56,242 bases of DNA, from positions 1 through 56,242 of the forward strand of contig JAUCBJ010000819.1 in the NCBI GenBank assembly GCA_032718475.1. Direction: 5' to 3'. Source of the stretch: Nemertoderma westbladi (taxonomy: Eukaryota > Animalia > Xenacoelomorpha). Positions 11,723-25,723 of the stretch are shown here, one piece after another; the stretch's first letter is position 1; each line of letters opens with the position of its first letter. The notes beneath the pieces were generated by a model. That model had not been told where the DNA came from, searched no databases, and was given only the letters and a program-made list of their open reading frames with translations. The translations under genes were made by a program, and so were the position numbers.

Positions 11723-11971
11723 GAAATCCTTGGCTTAATGAGCCTAAAAGAATCTCCCATTCATTGGTGATATTTTTTGTCTATATTCGATATAAAAACG
11801 TAACAGAAAATACTCTTTACATAAATGTTGCCCTCGAGTCTTGAGTTTTCCTCTTGGTTGTATTCTACATAGCACTCACTTCGCTAAAAACTTGCCAACT
11901 CGCTTTCTTTTGAAGCGTGAACTCGACTTTAATTTATTGACCCCTCCCTAGCACCTCTCTTCTAAACTTAC

Positions 11972-12165
11972 CCCACTCAGTACACTGATTAGATCTACGT
12001 GAGCGATCTGCTGACCATCACGTTTCCACTTTATATCCGAGATCGCCTCGTCTTCCAATGTCAGTAGTTCCTCCATCACGATGTCACATGTCAGGGTAAT
12101 TGGGTCATTTAAGACATAATCGGTTGAAGGTTGAACCTTCAAGTCTACAGCGTCCAATGCGACCT
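11972..12165 (-). CDS. Host gene exon, Ig domain 4 N-half
   Basis: tag/gtaagt; ...NDPITLTCDIV...IKWKRDGQQI (Ig B-strand Cys and C-strand Trp). Confidence 0.92.
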
Positions 12166-12434
12166 CTAACGGGAATGAATAAAAGTTAGAGTTTATATTA
12201 ATTAAAGTCGCTCTAAATGTAATGTATATAAAATATGTACAGTAGAAGACAATATGACTTTATTCAACGAAGAAATGTAAGTTGAAATTTCATGTTGTAT
12301 TTCTACAAAGAGATTTTGTTACAAAATTGAAATAAGGTTAGGGTAGGTTGCACCATTGCACAGTGCTTCTCCGGCCAGGGATCGAACCAGAGGCCTCGGG
12401 ATTAGAAGTCCAGCATATAAATTGAATACTAAAC

Positions 12435-12640
12435 CTATAATAGTTATTTTCGATATTGTGCTGATACCCCATCTGGAGTACTTGTTCTTCATATGACATG
12501 TATATGAGCCCTCATGATCTCTGTTTGCGTTCATTATGGTTATCCCGTTAGTGAGTCTGTTCACAGGAACTGCTTCTTCACCTGGTTCAGCTTTAACAAT
12601 TTCTCTGAAATCAGCTTCTTCATTTTTCTTGTAATAAAAT
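12435..12640 (-). CDS. Host gene exon, Ig domain 3 C-half
   Basis: cag/gtttag; ...ITIMNANRDHEGSYTCHMKN... Confidence 0.92.
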
Positions 12641-12735
12641 CTGTAGAAGTAGAAATATAACAAATTAAAAAAATTATATGTAAATTCACGATAATTTATT
12701 TGGTGTTGTGCGCGTTTTTTTTTTACCATTATTGT

Positions 12736-12884
12736 ATATACACATACATACAATGATATACACATACATACAACGATATACACATATATACAACGATATA
12801 CACACACATACAACGATATACACACACATACAACGATATACACACACATACAACGATATACACATACATACAACGACATATACA
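12736..12884. repeat. 20-bp minisatellite (atacacacatacaacgatat-like), about 7 copies
   Basis: Directly visible. Confidence 0.9.
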
Positions 12885-13017
12885 AAAATCTTACTAAATT
12901 TTATATAGCTCGATGAATTATTTATTTTTATGATCTAAACAATTTTCCTCTGTTTATTTTCGTAGATATTTCACTGTTTTGAGAACTTGGTAAACAATAA
13001 ACACACATAGATCTTAC

Positions 13018-13132
13018 CTAAATGGTTCCTCAGTGCCCATTGCTACTATGGTATCCGCCATACATTCCAATTTAAACGACATTTTATCGAATACGTTTTC
13101 TGGTAACCATAATCTTACATTGGCTGGTGTAT
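13018..13132 (-). CDS. Host gene exon, Ig domain 3 N-half
   Basis: cag/gtaaga; (D)TPANVRLWLPENVFDKMSFKLECMADTIVAMGTEEPF(R). Confidence 0.88.
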
Positions 13133-13166
13133 CTGTAATTTATAACAAATCTATTATTAGGAGCCC

Positions 13167-16003
13167 ACTGACTGACTGACTGACTGACTGACTGACTGAC
13201 TGACTGACTGACTGACTGACTGACTGACTGACTGACTGACTGACTGACTGACTGACTGACTGACTGACTGACTGACTGACTGACTGACTGACTGACTGAC
13301 TGACTGACTGACTGACTGACTGACTGACTGACTGACTGACTGACTGACTGACTGACTGACTGACTGACTGACTGACTGACTGACTGACTGACTGACTGAC
13401 TGACTGGCTGACTGACTGACTGACTGACTGACTGACTGACTGACTGACTGACTGACTGACTGACTGACTGACTGACTGACTGACTGACTGACTGACTGAC
13501 TGACTGACTGACTGACTGACTGACTGACTGACTGACTGACTGACTGACTGACTGACTGACTGACTGACTGACTGACTGACTGACTGACTGACTGACTGAC
13601 TGACTGACTGACTGACTGACTGACTGACTGACTGACTGACTGACTGACTGACTGACTGACTGGCTGGCTGACTGACTGACTGACTGACTGACTGACTGAC
13701 TGACTGACTGACTGACTGACTGACTGACTGACTGACTGACTGACTGACTGACTGACTGACTGACTGACTGACTGACTGACTGACTGACTGACTGACTGAC
13801 TGACTGACTGACTGACTGACTGACTGACTGACTGACTGACTGACTGACTGACTGACTGACTGACTGACTGACTGACTGACTGACTGACTGACTGACTGAC
13901 TGACTGACTGACTGACTGACTGACTGACTGACTGACTGACTGACTGACTGACTGACTGACTGACTGACTGACTGACTGACTGACTGACTGACTGACTGAC
14001 TGACTGACTGACTGACTGACTGACTGACTGACTGACTGACTGACTGACTGACTGACTGACTGACTGACTGACTGACTGACTGACTGACTGACTGACTGAC
14101 TGACTGACTGACTGACTGACTGACTGACTGACTGACTGACTGACTGACTGACTGACTGACTGACTGACTGACTGACTGACTGACTGACTGACTGACTGAC
14201 TGACTGACTGACTGACTGACTGACTGACTGACTGACTGACTGACTGACTGACTGACTGACTGACTGACTGACTGACTGACTGACTGACTGACTGACTGAC
14301 TGACTGACTGACTGACTGACTGACTGACTGACTGACTGACTGACTGACTGACTGACTGACTGACTGACTGACTGACTGACTGACTGACTGACTGACTGAC
14401 TGACTGACTGACTGACTGACTGACTGACTGACTGACTGACTGACTGACTGACTGACTGACTGACTGACTGACTGACTGACTGACTGACTGACTGACTGAC
14501 TGACTGACTGACTGACTGACTGACTGACTGACTGACTGACTGACTGACTGACTGACTGACTGACTGACTGACTGACTGACTGACTGACTGACTGACTGAC
14601 TGACTGACTGACTGACTGACTGACTGACTGACTGACTGACTGACTGACTGACTGACTGACTGACTGACTGACTGACTGACTGACTGACTGACTGACTGAC
14701 TGACTGACTGACTGACTGACTGACTGACTGACTGACTGACTGACTGACTGACTGACTGACTGACTGACTGACTGACTGACTGACTGACTGACTGACTGAC
14801 TGACTGACTGACTGACTGACTGACTGACTGACTGACTGACTGACTGACTGACTGACTGACTGACTGACTGACTGACTGACTGACTGACTGACTGACTGAC
14901 TGACTGACTGACTGACTGACTGACTGACTGACTGACTGACTGACTGACTGACTGACTGACTGACTGACTGACTGACTGACTGACTGACTGACTGACTGAC
15001 TGACTGACTGACTGACTGACTGACTGACTGACTGACTGACTGACTGACTGACTGACTGACTGACTGACTGACTGACTGACTGACTGACTGACTGACTGAC
15101 TGACTGACTGACTGACTGACTGACTGACTGACTGACTGACTGACTGACTGACTGACTGACTGACTGACTGACTGACTGACTGACTGACTGACTGACTGAC
15201 TGACTGACTGACTGACTGACTGACTGACTGACTGACTGACTGACTGACTGACTGACTGACTGACTGACTGACTGACTGACTGACTGACTGACTGACTGAC
15301 TGACTGACTGACTGACTGACTGACTGACTGACTGACTGACTGACTGACTGACTGACTGACTGACTGACTGACTGACTGACTGACTGACTGACTGACTGAC
15401 TGACTGACTGACTGACTGACTGACTGACTGACTGACTGACTGACTGACTGACTGACTGACTGACTGACTGACTGACTGACTGACTGACTGACTGACTGAC
15501 TGACTGACTGACTGACTGACTGACTGACTGACTGACTGACTGACTGACTGACTGACTGACTGACTGACTGACTGACTGACTGACTGACTGACTGACTGAC
15601 TGACTGACTGACTGACTGACTGACTGACTGACTGACTGACTGACTGACTGACTGACTGACTGACTGACTGACTGACTGACTGACTGACTGACTGACTGAC
15701 TGACTGACTGACTGACTGACTGACTGACTGACTGACTGACTGACTGACTGACTGACTGACTGACTGACTGACTGACTGACTGACTGACTGACTGACTGAC
15801 TGACTGACTGACTGACTGACTGACTGACTGACTGACTGACTGACTGACTGACTGACTGACTGACTGACTGACTGACTGACTGACTGACTGACTGACTGAC
15901 TGACTGACTGACTGACTGACTGACTGACTGACTGACTGACTGACTGACTGACTGACTGACTGACTGACTGACTGACTGACTGACTGACTGACTGACTGAC
16001 TGA
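13167..16003. repeat. (ACTG)n tetranucleotide microsatellite, ~2.84 kb
   Basis: About 709 units, almost pure; GCTG variants only near 13406 and 13662-13668. Confidence 0.99.
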
Positions 16004-16369
16004 TATTTTGTCGCGAAATTAAAAGCAATGGTAAAATAACAGCTGGTGTTCATGATGAAATATGGCTTAATATGTTATACACAGTCATAGTAAAACGTAA
16101 AGCTACCGCCTAACTTAGCAGGAGTACCTATATTACATATTCACATAGGATTCACTGGGAAGAGATATTCCGCTTGACGACGGGGTAATACCTATAGAAG
16201 GAAACTAAATTTGTTATTTGGCTCTATTCGTTGTTATTTATCTGGTTGTGCATCATGGGCATTTTTTATAAATATTCGGTAATCGCATCTTATATCTTGT
16301 AAACGTGCTTGATAATGAAATTATATAGTTCATATTATATTTTTGTTAGTGGTAGCAAAGTTTAATTTT

Positions 16370-16653
16370 TTATTATGTGGGGCGAGCCACAAAGTCAGCT
16401 ATCCTCACGCCTTACAGTTTAGACAATTTTAGTTTACTTACTGCTGACTGACATAGTTCTTTGTAATAGTCTTGGCTAGGATTTTTCCCCCCGGGCTCCT
16501 TCCAGCCAGCTTGCTGGCTTTCTAGTTTAATCACACCTTCCTTATTATATAACTTTAATTGGACACAGAAAGTCGGCAATGACGTCCAGGTGGAATCGAA
16601 CTGGTGACCTCCGGGTTGGAAGACTGACGTTCTATCCATTCAGCTAGCGGCTC
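16370..16653 (-). mobile_element. tRNA-derived SINE
   Basis: Head gagccgctagctgaatggatagaacg...cagttcgattcc (box A/B), then a body and an A-rich end. Confidence 0.65.
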
Positions 16654-16677
16654 AGGTAAAAGGTAGAACTGAAATTA

Positions 16678-16991
16678 CGGTACGCAGCAAACTTCGCCCG
16701 CGCGAAAGCTTCTCCCGCGTCCAATTTTCGCCCGGAACAATCTTCGCCCACAAAATCAGCATCTATCGCCCGGCGGAAACCTTCGCCCGCAGGCAAACTT
16801 CGCCCAATAAACAATTAATGTTTGGGTTAGAAAAAAACCATCTCTGTAACCTGCTCATTTCCCCCAATTAGTAACACCATCGTTTATTGTTTTGGTTAAA
16901 AAAAACCCGTCTCTTTTACCTGTTCCGGTAAATCGTGGGCGAAGGTTTCCCCGGACGAAGGTTGTACGCGGGCGAAGATTGCACCCAACCG
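16678..16991. mobile_element. MITE with imperfect TIRs and internal cttcgccc repeats
   Basis: cggtacgcagcaaacttcgcccgcg versus cgcgggcgaagattgcacccaaccg. Confidence 0.7.
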
Positions 16992-18340
16992 GAATTACTG
17001 TCTGATACCTTGTACGTCCGCTATTTACCTTCTCAGGGCCTCCCTGTTGCACCCAACCGGAATTACTGTCTGATACCTTGTACGTCCGCAATTTACCTTC
17101 TCATGGCCTCCCTGTTGCACCCACCCGGAATTACTGTCTGATACCTTGTACGTCCGCAATTTACCTTCTCATGGCCTCCCTGTTGCACCCACCCGGAATT
17201 ACTGTCTGATACCTTGTACGTCCGCAATTTACCTTCTCATGGCCTCCCTGTTGCACCCACCCGGAATTACTGTCTGATACCTTGTACGTCCGCAATTTAC
17301 CTTCTCATGGCCTCCCTGTTGCACCCACCCGGAATTACTGTCTGATACCTTGTACGTCCGCTATTTACCTTCTCAGGGCCTCCCTGTTGCACCCAACCGG
17401 AATTCCTGTCTGATAACTTGTACGTCCGCTATTTACCTTCTCATGGCCTCCCTGTTGCACCCAACCGGAATTCCTGTCTGACACCTTGTACGTCCGCTAT
17501 TTACCTTCTCATGGCCTCCCTGTTGCACCCAACCGGAATTCCTGTCTGACACCTTGTACGTCCGCAATTTACCTTCTCATGGCCTCCCTGTTGCACCCAA
17601 CCGGAATTACTGGCTGATACCTTGTACGTCCGCTATTTACCTTCTCAGGGCCTCCCTGTTGCACCCAACCGGAATTCCTGTCTGATAACTTGTACGTCCG
17701 CTATTTACCTTCTCATGGCCTCCCTGTTGCACCCAACCGGAATTCCTGTCTGACACCTTGTACGTCCGCTATTTACCTTCTCATGGCCTCCCTGTTGCAC
17801 CCAACCGGAATTCCTGTCTGACACCTTGTACGTCCGCTATTTACCTTCTCAGGGCCTCCCTGTTGCACCCAACCGGAATTCCTGTCTGACACCTTGTACG
17901 TCCGCTATTTACCTTCTCATGGCCTCCCTGTTGCACCCAACCGGAATTCCTGTCTGACACCTTGTACGTCCGCTATTTACCTTCTCAGGGCCTCCCTGTT
18001 GCACCCAACCGGAATTCCTGTCTGACACCTTGTACGTCCGCTATTTACCTTCTCAGGGCCTCCCTGTTGCACCCAACCGGAATTCCTGCCTGATACCTTG
18101 TACGTCCGCTATTTACCTTCTCAGGGCCTCCCTGTTGCACCCAACCGGAATTCCTGTCTGATACCTTGTACGTCCGCTATTTACCTTCTCAGGGCCTCCC
18201 TGTTGCACCCAACCGGAATTCCTGTCTGATACCTTGTACGTCCGCTATTTACCTTCTCAGGGCCTCCCTGTTGCACCCAACCGGAATTCCTGTCTGATAC
18301 CTTGTACGTCCGCTATTTACCTTCTCATGGCCTCCCTGTT
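16979..18340. repeat. 68-bp minisatellite, 20 copies
   Basis: Unit tgcacccaaccggaatt(a/c)ctgtctgataccttgtacgtccgctatttaccttctca(g/t)ggcctccctgt; contiguous, no spacers. Confidence 0.97.
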
Positions 18341-18538
18341 AATGCAATTGTGTTCTTTGTTATTTGAGATGACTTATTTTGCTAAATTTAAGATTTAAAA
18401 GTTTTTTAAATTTTATATTATTTTTTAAAAGTTTTTATAGAGAATTATCGATAACACGGGAAAGCCCGGGCCTATTGCAGAATTTTGAGTAAAAGCCAAT
18501 GTTTTCTACAGAGGTATTATTATTATTAATTACGTTAA

Positions 18539-18883
18539 GGCCTGTGCTCCTCCACACTGACTGGTACAAGTCATAAATCTTTTTTTAAAAATATAAGATC
18601 CGTCTCATTTTTTCCTTGTACAGTATTTTCTGGCTTGCTGCTACCCAAATTAGCCAATGACAGGCCTCTTGTCGGATATAACTCACGAGTCGTATGCCTA
18701 TGATGGAATATGGTAGATAATCATTTTGACTCATGAGTCGTAACAAACGACTTGTGACCAGAGGACTTATGACTATGACTTATGCCAGAGGAGGCGCTCC
18801 CATTGAAACCAATGTGTTCTATCAATTATTTCCACTTATGACATCCGACTTATGACATACAACTTACCAGTGGAGCACGGGGC
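18539..18883. mobile_element. PIF/Harbinger-like MITE
   Basis: TAA flanks; ggcctgtgctcc...ctggta versus taccagtggagcacggggc. Confidence 0.55.
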
Positions 18884-19456
18884 TAATAGTATTAGTACCG
18901 GGCTATAAAATGTTGCTCAAATCCCGGGAGGAGGTTCATATAGACCCCCGCGTAGTAGACTTCGACGTAGTATGGCACATTTTTGTGCTAATAGTACAAG
19001 TTTGAGATGTCCAGTGTTGATTTTATTGATTCCATCGGAAGTACATATATACTTTACATAAATGTAAACAAAATTTACATAAACTGACACTGAGGAAGAT
19101 AAAAACATGAAGTTTCTCATGGCAATATAATTTGTATGGTAACATGATTCATTATTTAATAATTGTTTATGTTATTATAATGTGTTTAGATTATATCTTG
19201 TAACAGTTCATTAAATTGTTCGGACCGAGGCTGGTTCACTTATTCACTGCAAACAACGTAATGTATATAAAGCATGTTGTGTGTCTTTTATACACTTCTT
19301 AATAGAAAAAAAAGTATAACAGTTACTAACAACTGCCTCCACTAAGTAGGCCTAATGGAAGTAATGTACAGACGCGTTATGTTGTGTTTCAGGTTTCAGC
19401 ACATTTGCGCACAATTTACAGTGCCATGTTGAATAAAAATTTCCGACTCAACTCAC

Positions 19457-19640
19457 CATATATACGTATTTTTAAATGTTTACTATAAATGTAACTTTGA
19501 CCCCCAGTAAATAGATGACCGCACACTAGTTGGTTGTGGTTGTCTATTCCATATTTGAAGGAAGTGACGTCATTTAATGCTATCGTTTCTGAGACCTCCT
19601 CGATAATCTCAGTATATCCATCGTTATTATAAACATACCA
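19457..19640 (-). CDS. Host gene exon, Ig-like domain 2 C-half
   Basis: cag/gtgagt; WYVYNNDG...NQLVCGHLF...LKIRIY. Confidence 0.88.
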
Positions 19641-20990
19641 CTGTAAGTAAACCACTAAATATTAATGTGGTAAATTATTAGAAGAAAGTTGTAAAGGTTC
19701 ACAAAGAGTTGTTGATTAAAAAACATTTCTAAAAATTACAAGAAAAAGTCTTTATATCCCTTTTACCCCGAGATGTATTATTGTATAATTTGTAGAGCGA
19801 GAGAAGGCGAGAGAAGATAATTATAAATCAATGGAAAAAAATGGAAAATATACATCTAGGGAAAAAAAGGCCTATTTGGTTCACGTGTAATTAATTTTAT
19901 TTATAAAAAACGATACAGGACAGACCCAGTTATTTATTGAGATATTATCTATTAGATACAATCTAGTGTAATAAAATAGTATAAATAATATTAGTTCAAA
20001 CTTTTAAAAATTTCAAACTGTTATATTTTCTGTTTGTTTTGATAATTCTGAAGTTATACTGTTTATCAAGGCTGCTGAACACGATACAACTCGTTAAAAA
20101 TCATTCGTGGTAACACAACTATAATTTGTCGTGCTGGTCTGGTGAGACGAATAAAACAAGTAGCGTAAAATCGAATTTTATTGGATAATGTGACATTTTT
20201 GAGTGTCATATTCGTGATAAGCGTCCCAGAAAGCCCTTAATGTCATGAAATCATGTTGATTTGGTAATGATTTTTGATCATAAAATTTGTGCTTCTTGAA
20301 TATTTTTCGTGCCGCACATTGACACGTGTCAAAAAATGCTGCAATCAACTTCGTTACGATATTTTTCAGTGTCATATTTGTCATCAGCATCTCAAAAACC
20401 CAATATTTACACTACTTGGTTTTTTCGAGCCCCATTGAAAATTAACAAAAAATTTCTCGAATGTTAAATTTGAGTTCTATAATCGTGATCAGAAAACAAA
20501 AAAAAACTCTATATACCGGTACCGCAAATTTTAGGAACTATAAAAACTTTTAACAATTTGAACACGAAAAATAGTGGATATGGGTGCCAGAAAGGGACCA
20601 CAGCACAAAAAATAACATAGCCATATAATTGGCTTTTGCTCTGTTGGATAGCCCGTAAAATTTTAGGAAAAGTCACGAATTCTCGGTTTTACAAACAAAT
20701 CTGTCTAAAGACACAATTTATAAAATACTGTAATTATTGCTTCCCTCCCCCCGGCCAAATAGGGTAAAATAAAAAACAAAACTCTGTTTAAATCGGTATA
20801 ATATACTTGGTAAGGATACTTCACTTTACCATAATTATGGTACCCAATCTACAAAACTATTTTACTAACTTTTAAACCGCACCTTAGTATAATCCGTTAA
20901 AAAGTAAATTAATGACGGGTGCACCTGTACATATTTTATATTTAATTATTTAGTAATAAGTATAATTAGTTACAATAGGTTAATATTCAC

Positions 20991-21178
20991 CTTATATGAA
21001 TTTGTTTTAAGAAGCCTGACAGCATCATTAGTGATAACGCATTGTAAATTAATAGTGTCACCACCTCTCATCTCCCAGTCAGCATCAGGTTCAGTGGATT
21101 GTTTGAAATAAAACATGTTTGAATCGACTTCTGTGTTTGTATTGGCCGAAGATTCATCCACATGTATATCCAAGAAAT
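20991..21178 (-). CDS. Host gene exon, Ig-like domain 2 N-half
   Basis: cag/gtgaat; ...MRGGDTINLQCVITND...SYK, splicing onto WYV. Confidence 0.88.
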
Positions 21179-21590
21179 CTGTTGGAATTGCCAATTGATT
21201 TTTCATAAGATATACTTAAAAATGGGTGAATGCGTGTTAAAAATTAGTTAAAAAAATAGAATTTCAATATTATCTATCAACATATTTTTGTGCGACTTTT
21301 TAATCCGCTATTTTTTGAGGAAGACAGGAAGATAAAAAATTAAAATTAAAATAGTATCTAAGTTCTTGACCGGGCGCCTTTACATTATGGAGAACAGGTT
21401 AAAATTAACTAATTCCATGTTAAGTTAATAACAACTCCTGATCACCATCTCCCTCGCTCTAATTGAACTGCATTAAGATTTTATGGAACCAATTCACTTG
21501 GAGATACCTTTACTAGGATTCCACTGTGTGCAACTCTAGTACCCCACTAGGATAGATACTAATCTTTGGTAATAAATATGTACATACTTG

Positions 21591-21822
21591 TGTGTAGGTG
21601 TAAAACGCGGATCCGGATCCGGATTCCAAAATTATCAATTAAGGGAAAGGAGCAGGTTACATTGGCACGTTATTTTAACCAAAACAATAAACTAAAGTCA
21701 ATAGAACAGGTTATAGTTTTATTTTTGGGAGTTATAAAAATGTAAAAAAAATCGACTTCCGTAGGGACAATGTTAAATGTAGAATTCGGATCCGAATCCG
21801 GATCCGCGTTTTACTCTGACCC
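21591..21822. mobile_element. MITE with 8-bp target duplication
   Basis: catacttg at 21583-21590 and 21823-21830; TIRs gtaaaacgcggatccggat / atccggatccgcgttttac. Confidence 0.8.
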
Positions 21823-21826
21823 CATA

Positions 21827-24377
21827 CTTGTTTGTAAAGTTTTACGTTTACAGTGTGATGATCCGAGTGGCTTTGTTACACGAACGAACGTTAGTGAGTG
21901 AGTGAAAATAAAGCCACGAGGATCAGAACGCTGTAAAGTACTTCGCAACAAGTATGTATGTAGTTTTATTCCAAAATTGTAACATTACGAAATGATTGTA
22001 TATATATTATAAGTGATAGAAACTGCACAAATTATATTAGTTGCTGTATAAATAAATGTAAAAATGACATGAATAATGTTATAAATAAGTTACCTTATAT
22101 TTATGGTGGCGTGTAGAGCCATGTTATAATAATATACTACTACTACTACTAGGATCGGCATGCTGCATTGCAGCTGCATTTTTAAGAATGCTGTGCCGGC
22201 TTATCGACAAAATTGCACCGCCACAAATCCCTATCACCCATGACATTTGCTAGATCATCCGCATCTTCAAGGCCAGTGTCCTTTAAGATGCGTCTCAAGA
22301 AAATCATGAGCTGTCCACCATGCTTATTCACTCCATGAGGCTGCCAAAGTACAAGATTATGCACTGGCTGGTCCTCACGGCGAAAGCAAAGTCCTGCAAA
22401 GCGGAGGCGATTTTGTTCTAGTGTCAAGCTTGGGGGGACCAATGAAACACCTCCAATGTTATATAGTGTCTGGTTGGAGATGTGTGCATTGAACTTGACA
22501 CAATGAACCCGGCGTAGCATTCTTGTGAATGTGCCATCCAGAGATTTGGTGTCCTCAGCAGTTAGAGCCCAGCATGGACTCCCATAGAGGAGTACTGGAA
22601 CTACTGCTGCTCTAAATAACCGGACCTTAAGTTTCCGATTAATTCTCGGTGACTTCCAAATCCTGGAAAGCCTATTCAAGGCTGCCCATGCCTTTCCCTT
22701 ACGTATTCGAAGGTCCTCACCTGACTTCCGGATCCATGATCCCAGGTAACAGAAGTCATCAACATGCTCAAGCATACCATCTTTTGAGCTTATGCTCATC
22801 CGATCAGAGACTTGCTGAGGACTTTCAAAGTTAACTGTCAACATTTTGGTCTTTCTGGAGTTAATAAAAAGACCAACACTAGAAGCAGCATGTTCTAATG
22901 AGCTGAGGAGCCGTTGGGCTCCCTCTAGTGATTCTGAGAGTACTCCTAAGTCATCAGCAAAGTCTAGATCAGTTAGGTACTTGGCAGGATTGCCTCGACT
23001 TCTGGAGCCAGTAGGTGGAGTTATCATCACCCCATCATCATTATGATGATCTAAGGACATGCGTAGAACATAGTCAACAACAATTATGAACAAGAATGGT
23101 GCAAGTGTGTCTCCTTGGAGGACGCCCCATAACACTTCAAATGGTTCTGTGTTACCGTCAACAGTAGACACAAATGTTGTCGAACCATCGTATACTGATC
23201 TGATTGCTGCAATAATTTCATCAGGAATCCCATATAATGAAAGTATGCTGAACATACGTGAGCGGGAGACTGAATCAAAGGCCTTGAAGAAGTCAACAAA
23301 GATAACAGCCAGATGCCTGTCTTTCTTTTTTGATACCTCTTCCATTATCCTTCTAAGTGCCAAAATGGGCTCCATGGTCCCACGACCTTTACGGAACCCA
23401 TTCTGATTTCCACGGGGCAGTCTCTCAATGGGATCTCTGATGAGATTTAATAGAATTCTATTGTATAGCTTTGCAGCAATTGAGATCAATGAGATTCCCC
23501 GAAAAGAACCATAGAGTGTTAGGTTGCCCTTCTTGGGAACTGGCACCAACTTATTTGTTTTCATTTCTTGTGGGACTCTTGTTGTACGGTACATGTCTAC
23601 TATGATGGGATAGATGAGCTTTAAACATTCAGGTATTTTAAAGACCTCAGGGGGAACACCATCTACTCCACTGGCACGATTGGTCTTAATGCTCTTTGCA
23701 GCAGCCTTCACTTCTGCAAAGGAGATATCGCCAATGGGAATATCTGGGAGTACAGACTCAGACACTTTTACTTCTATAAAGTTATCAGGCAATACCCTGT
23801 CATTATTGAGGAGCTTTTCAAAGTGGGCCTTCTAACCATTGAGGCGATCGGCTGGTGATTCAGCCTTAACCTTGGTGGTTGGTTGGCTTTGTCGACCAGC
23901 AAGCAAGTTGATCGATCTCCATGCCTGGGATGATTGCCTGCTGTCGTCAGCATCATTGATGGCATCAAGCTGTTGGTTTATTAGCTCCTGTAAATTAACC
24001 GAGTACTGCCTGTTCAGGGACCTAGATGCAGCCTTAACTGCATTCTTGGCCGCTGTAGTCTGTTATATAATAATATAGCTAGGCCCTACTGGTTATTCAT
24101 AGCTATACCCCGTCTACCGGTAGGTAATGCAGTAGGCCTATCTGGCTGTCAGGCAAATATCCACCTATTGTTTACGTGGTAACCAATGACGGCGTTAAGT
24201 AATGTCCTCTAAGGGGACATTACTTAACGGATAACACCAAATTTCCAAATACAATACTAATAATGTACTGTACAGGCCAATACAATGCTGTAATGTCCTC
24301 TAAAGTTGTAAAGTGCTAAATAACAACTCGCTGTTAATACAAACGGCTTTGAGTAATGTTACAATTTTGGAATAAAA
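21827..24377. mobile_element. Unclassified non-autonomous DNA element (long terminal hairpin plus 25-bp inverted repeats) hosting an RTE insertion
   Basis: Imperfect hairpin at about 21825-21953; ttttattccaaaattgtaacattac at 21964 is inverted at 24353-24377. Confidence 0.55.
22137..24065 (-). mobile_element. 5'-truncated RTE-clade LINE (family RTE-b) with RT domain
   Basis: ORF 22182-23792 with KASGVDG-like, QNGFR, FVDFFKAFDSV, GVLQGDTLAP, DFADD and YLGS motifs; (TAG)n tail; TSD tataataatata at 22125-22136 and 24066-24077. Confidence 0.95.
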
Positions 24378-24589
24378 GATTGCATAAGACGAATGCATGC
24401 ATTTCTGGGTCTCCAGTCCTTTATTTCTCTTGCTGCACATACAAACACGTAAGGTTTTACATTAATAAATGGTAGAAATTACTGTAAATGATTTATAATT
24501 AACTAACTAATCAAACTTTAGTATTTATAATGCAGAAATTATAAGAGCATTCATCTATTATCTGGCAATATAATTAAGATGGAACTTAC

Positions 24590-24750
24590 GTGTTGGATAT
24601 AAAAGTATCGGAAATGGTGAACTCTTTACTGAACCGCGGTATTTGGGGAAAATAACTGAGCATGTAATAGTCTTGGGTTCATATAACCGTCCGAGTCTAA
24701 TAGAATCACTGGTCTCACTCCTTAATGTATTACCCACGTGCCACTCGTAC
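24590..24750 (-). CDS. Host gene exon, Ig-like domain 1 C-half
   Basis: tag/gtaagt; KYEWHVGN...KTITCSVIF... Confidence 0.9.
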
Positions 24751-24876
24751 CTAAAATATATATATTATATAAATATATTCATTGTCTATGGTATCTGATT
24801 ATGCTCAGTAGGTTATACTTCAATATCAATATTGCGAGTAACATCAATAGTATTACATCATCGCACAGTATTATTA

Positions 24877-25723
24877 CACGTTAATTAAATATATATTGAA
24901 TATTATAGAATTAACAGAAATTAAATCAATATTGTGCAAATATTGATTCAATATACAAACATATTGAATTAATAATTTCAAATATTGAATCAATTTTCGC
25001 ATTTAATCAATATGTTGACATGTTGGCAACATATTGAATCAATATTCGCACATATTGAATCAATAAGTTGACATGCTGCAACATATTAAACCAATATATA
25101 ACATGCTGGCAGCATATTAAAACAACATGTTGGCAACATATTGAATCAATATTCGCACAAATTGAATCAATATATTGAAATGTTGGCAAGATATTGAAAT
25201 AATATGTTGACATCTTGTCAACTTATTAAAACCATAATATGTTGGCAACATATTGAATCAATATTCGTACATATTGAATCAATATGTTGAGTTGTTGACA
25301 ACATATTGAATCCATATTCGCATATATTCAAGCAATATGTTAAACATGCTGGCAATATATTAAAACAATATGTTGGCAACATATTGAATCAATATGTACC
25401 ATGCTGGCAACATATTGAATCAATATGTAACATGCTGGCAACATATTGAATCAATATGTAACATGCTGGCAACATATTGAATCAATCTGTAACATGCTGG
25501 CAACATATTAAAACAATATATTGGCAACATATTGAATCAATATTCGCACATATTCAATGAACACGACGTTTAATGCCACATATTGATTCTATATTAGAGA
25601 ATATTAATTCAATATGTTTGAATATTGAATCAATATTTTGCACAATATTGATTGAATTTCTGTTCATGATTGAATTTATGTTAAATATTGAATATTCAAT
25701 ATATACAGTATTTAATTAACGTG
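24877..25723. mobile_element. TIR element (CAC termini, TA flanks) filled with a ~30-bp AT-rich minisatellite
   Basis: ta|cacgttaattaaata ... tatttaattaacgtg|ta with ~100-bp imperfect TIRs; internal unit atattgaatcaatatgtaacatgctggcaac. Confidence 0.8.

Noticed and set aside
12345-12420. tRNA gene candidate (ggttcgatccc)
   Set aside because: Only box B is clear; probably a decayed SINE head.
13084-16053. 989-aa and 962-aa SQSV-repeat ORFs
   Set aside because: Translation of the (CAGT)n microsatellite inside an intron.
16155-16191. Possible small host exon (tag acceptor at 16192)
   Set aside because: Weak donor, and the flanking exons already join in phase to give a natural Ig boundary (KIRIY-DTPANV).
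16979-18340. Possible CRISPR-like array
   Set aside because: Units are contiguous and near-identical with no unique spacers; eukaryotic context; no cas genes.
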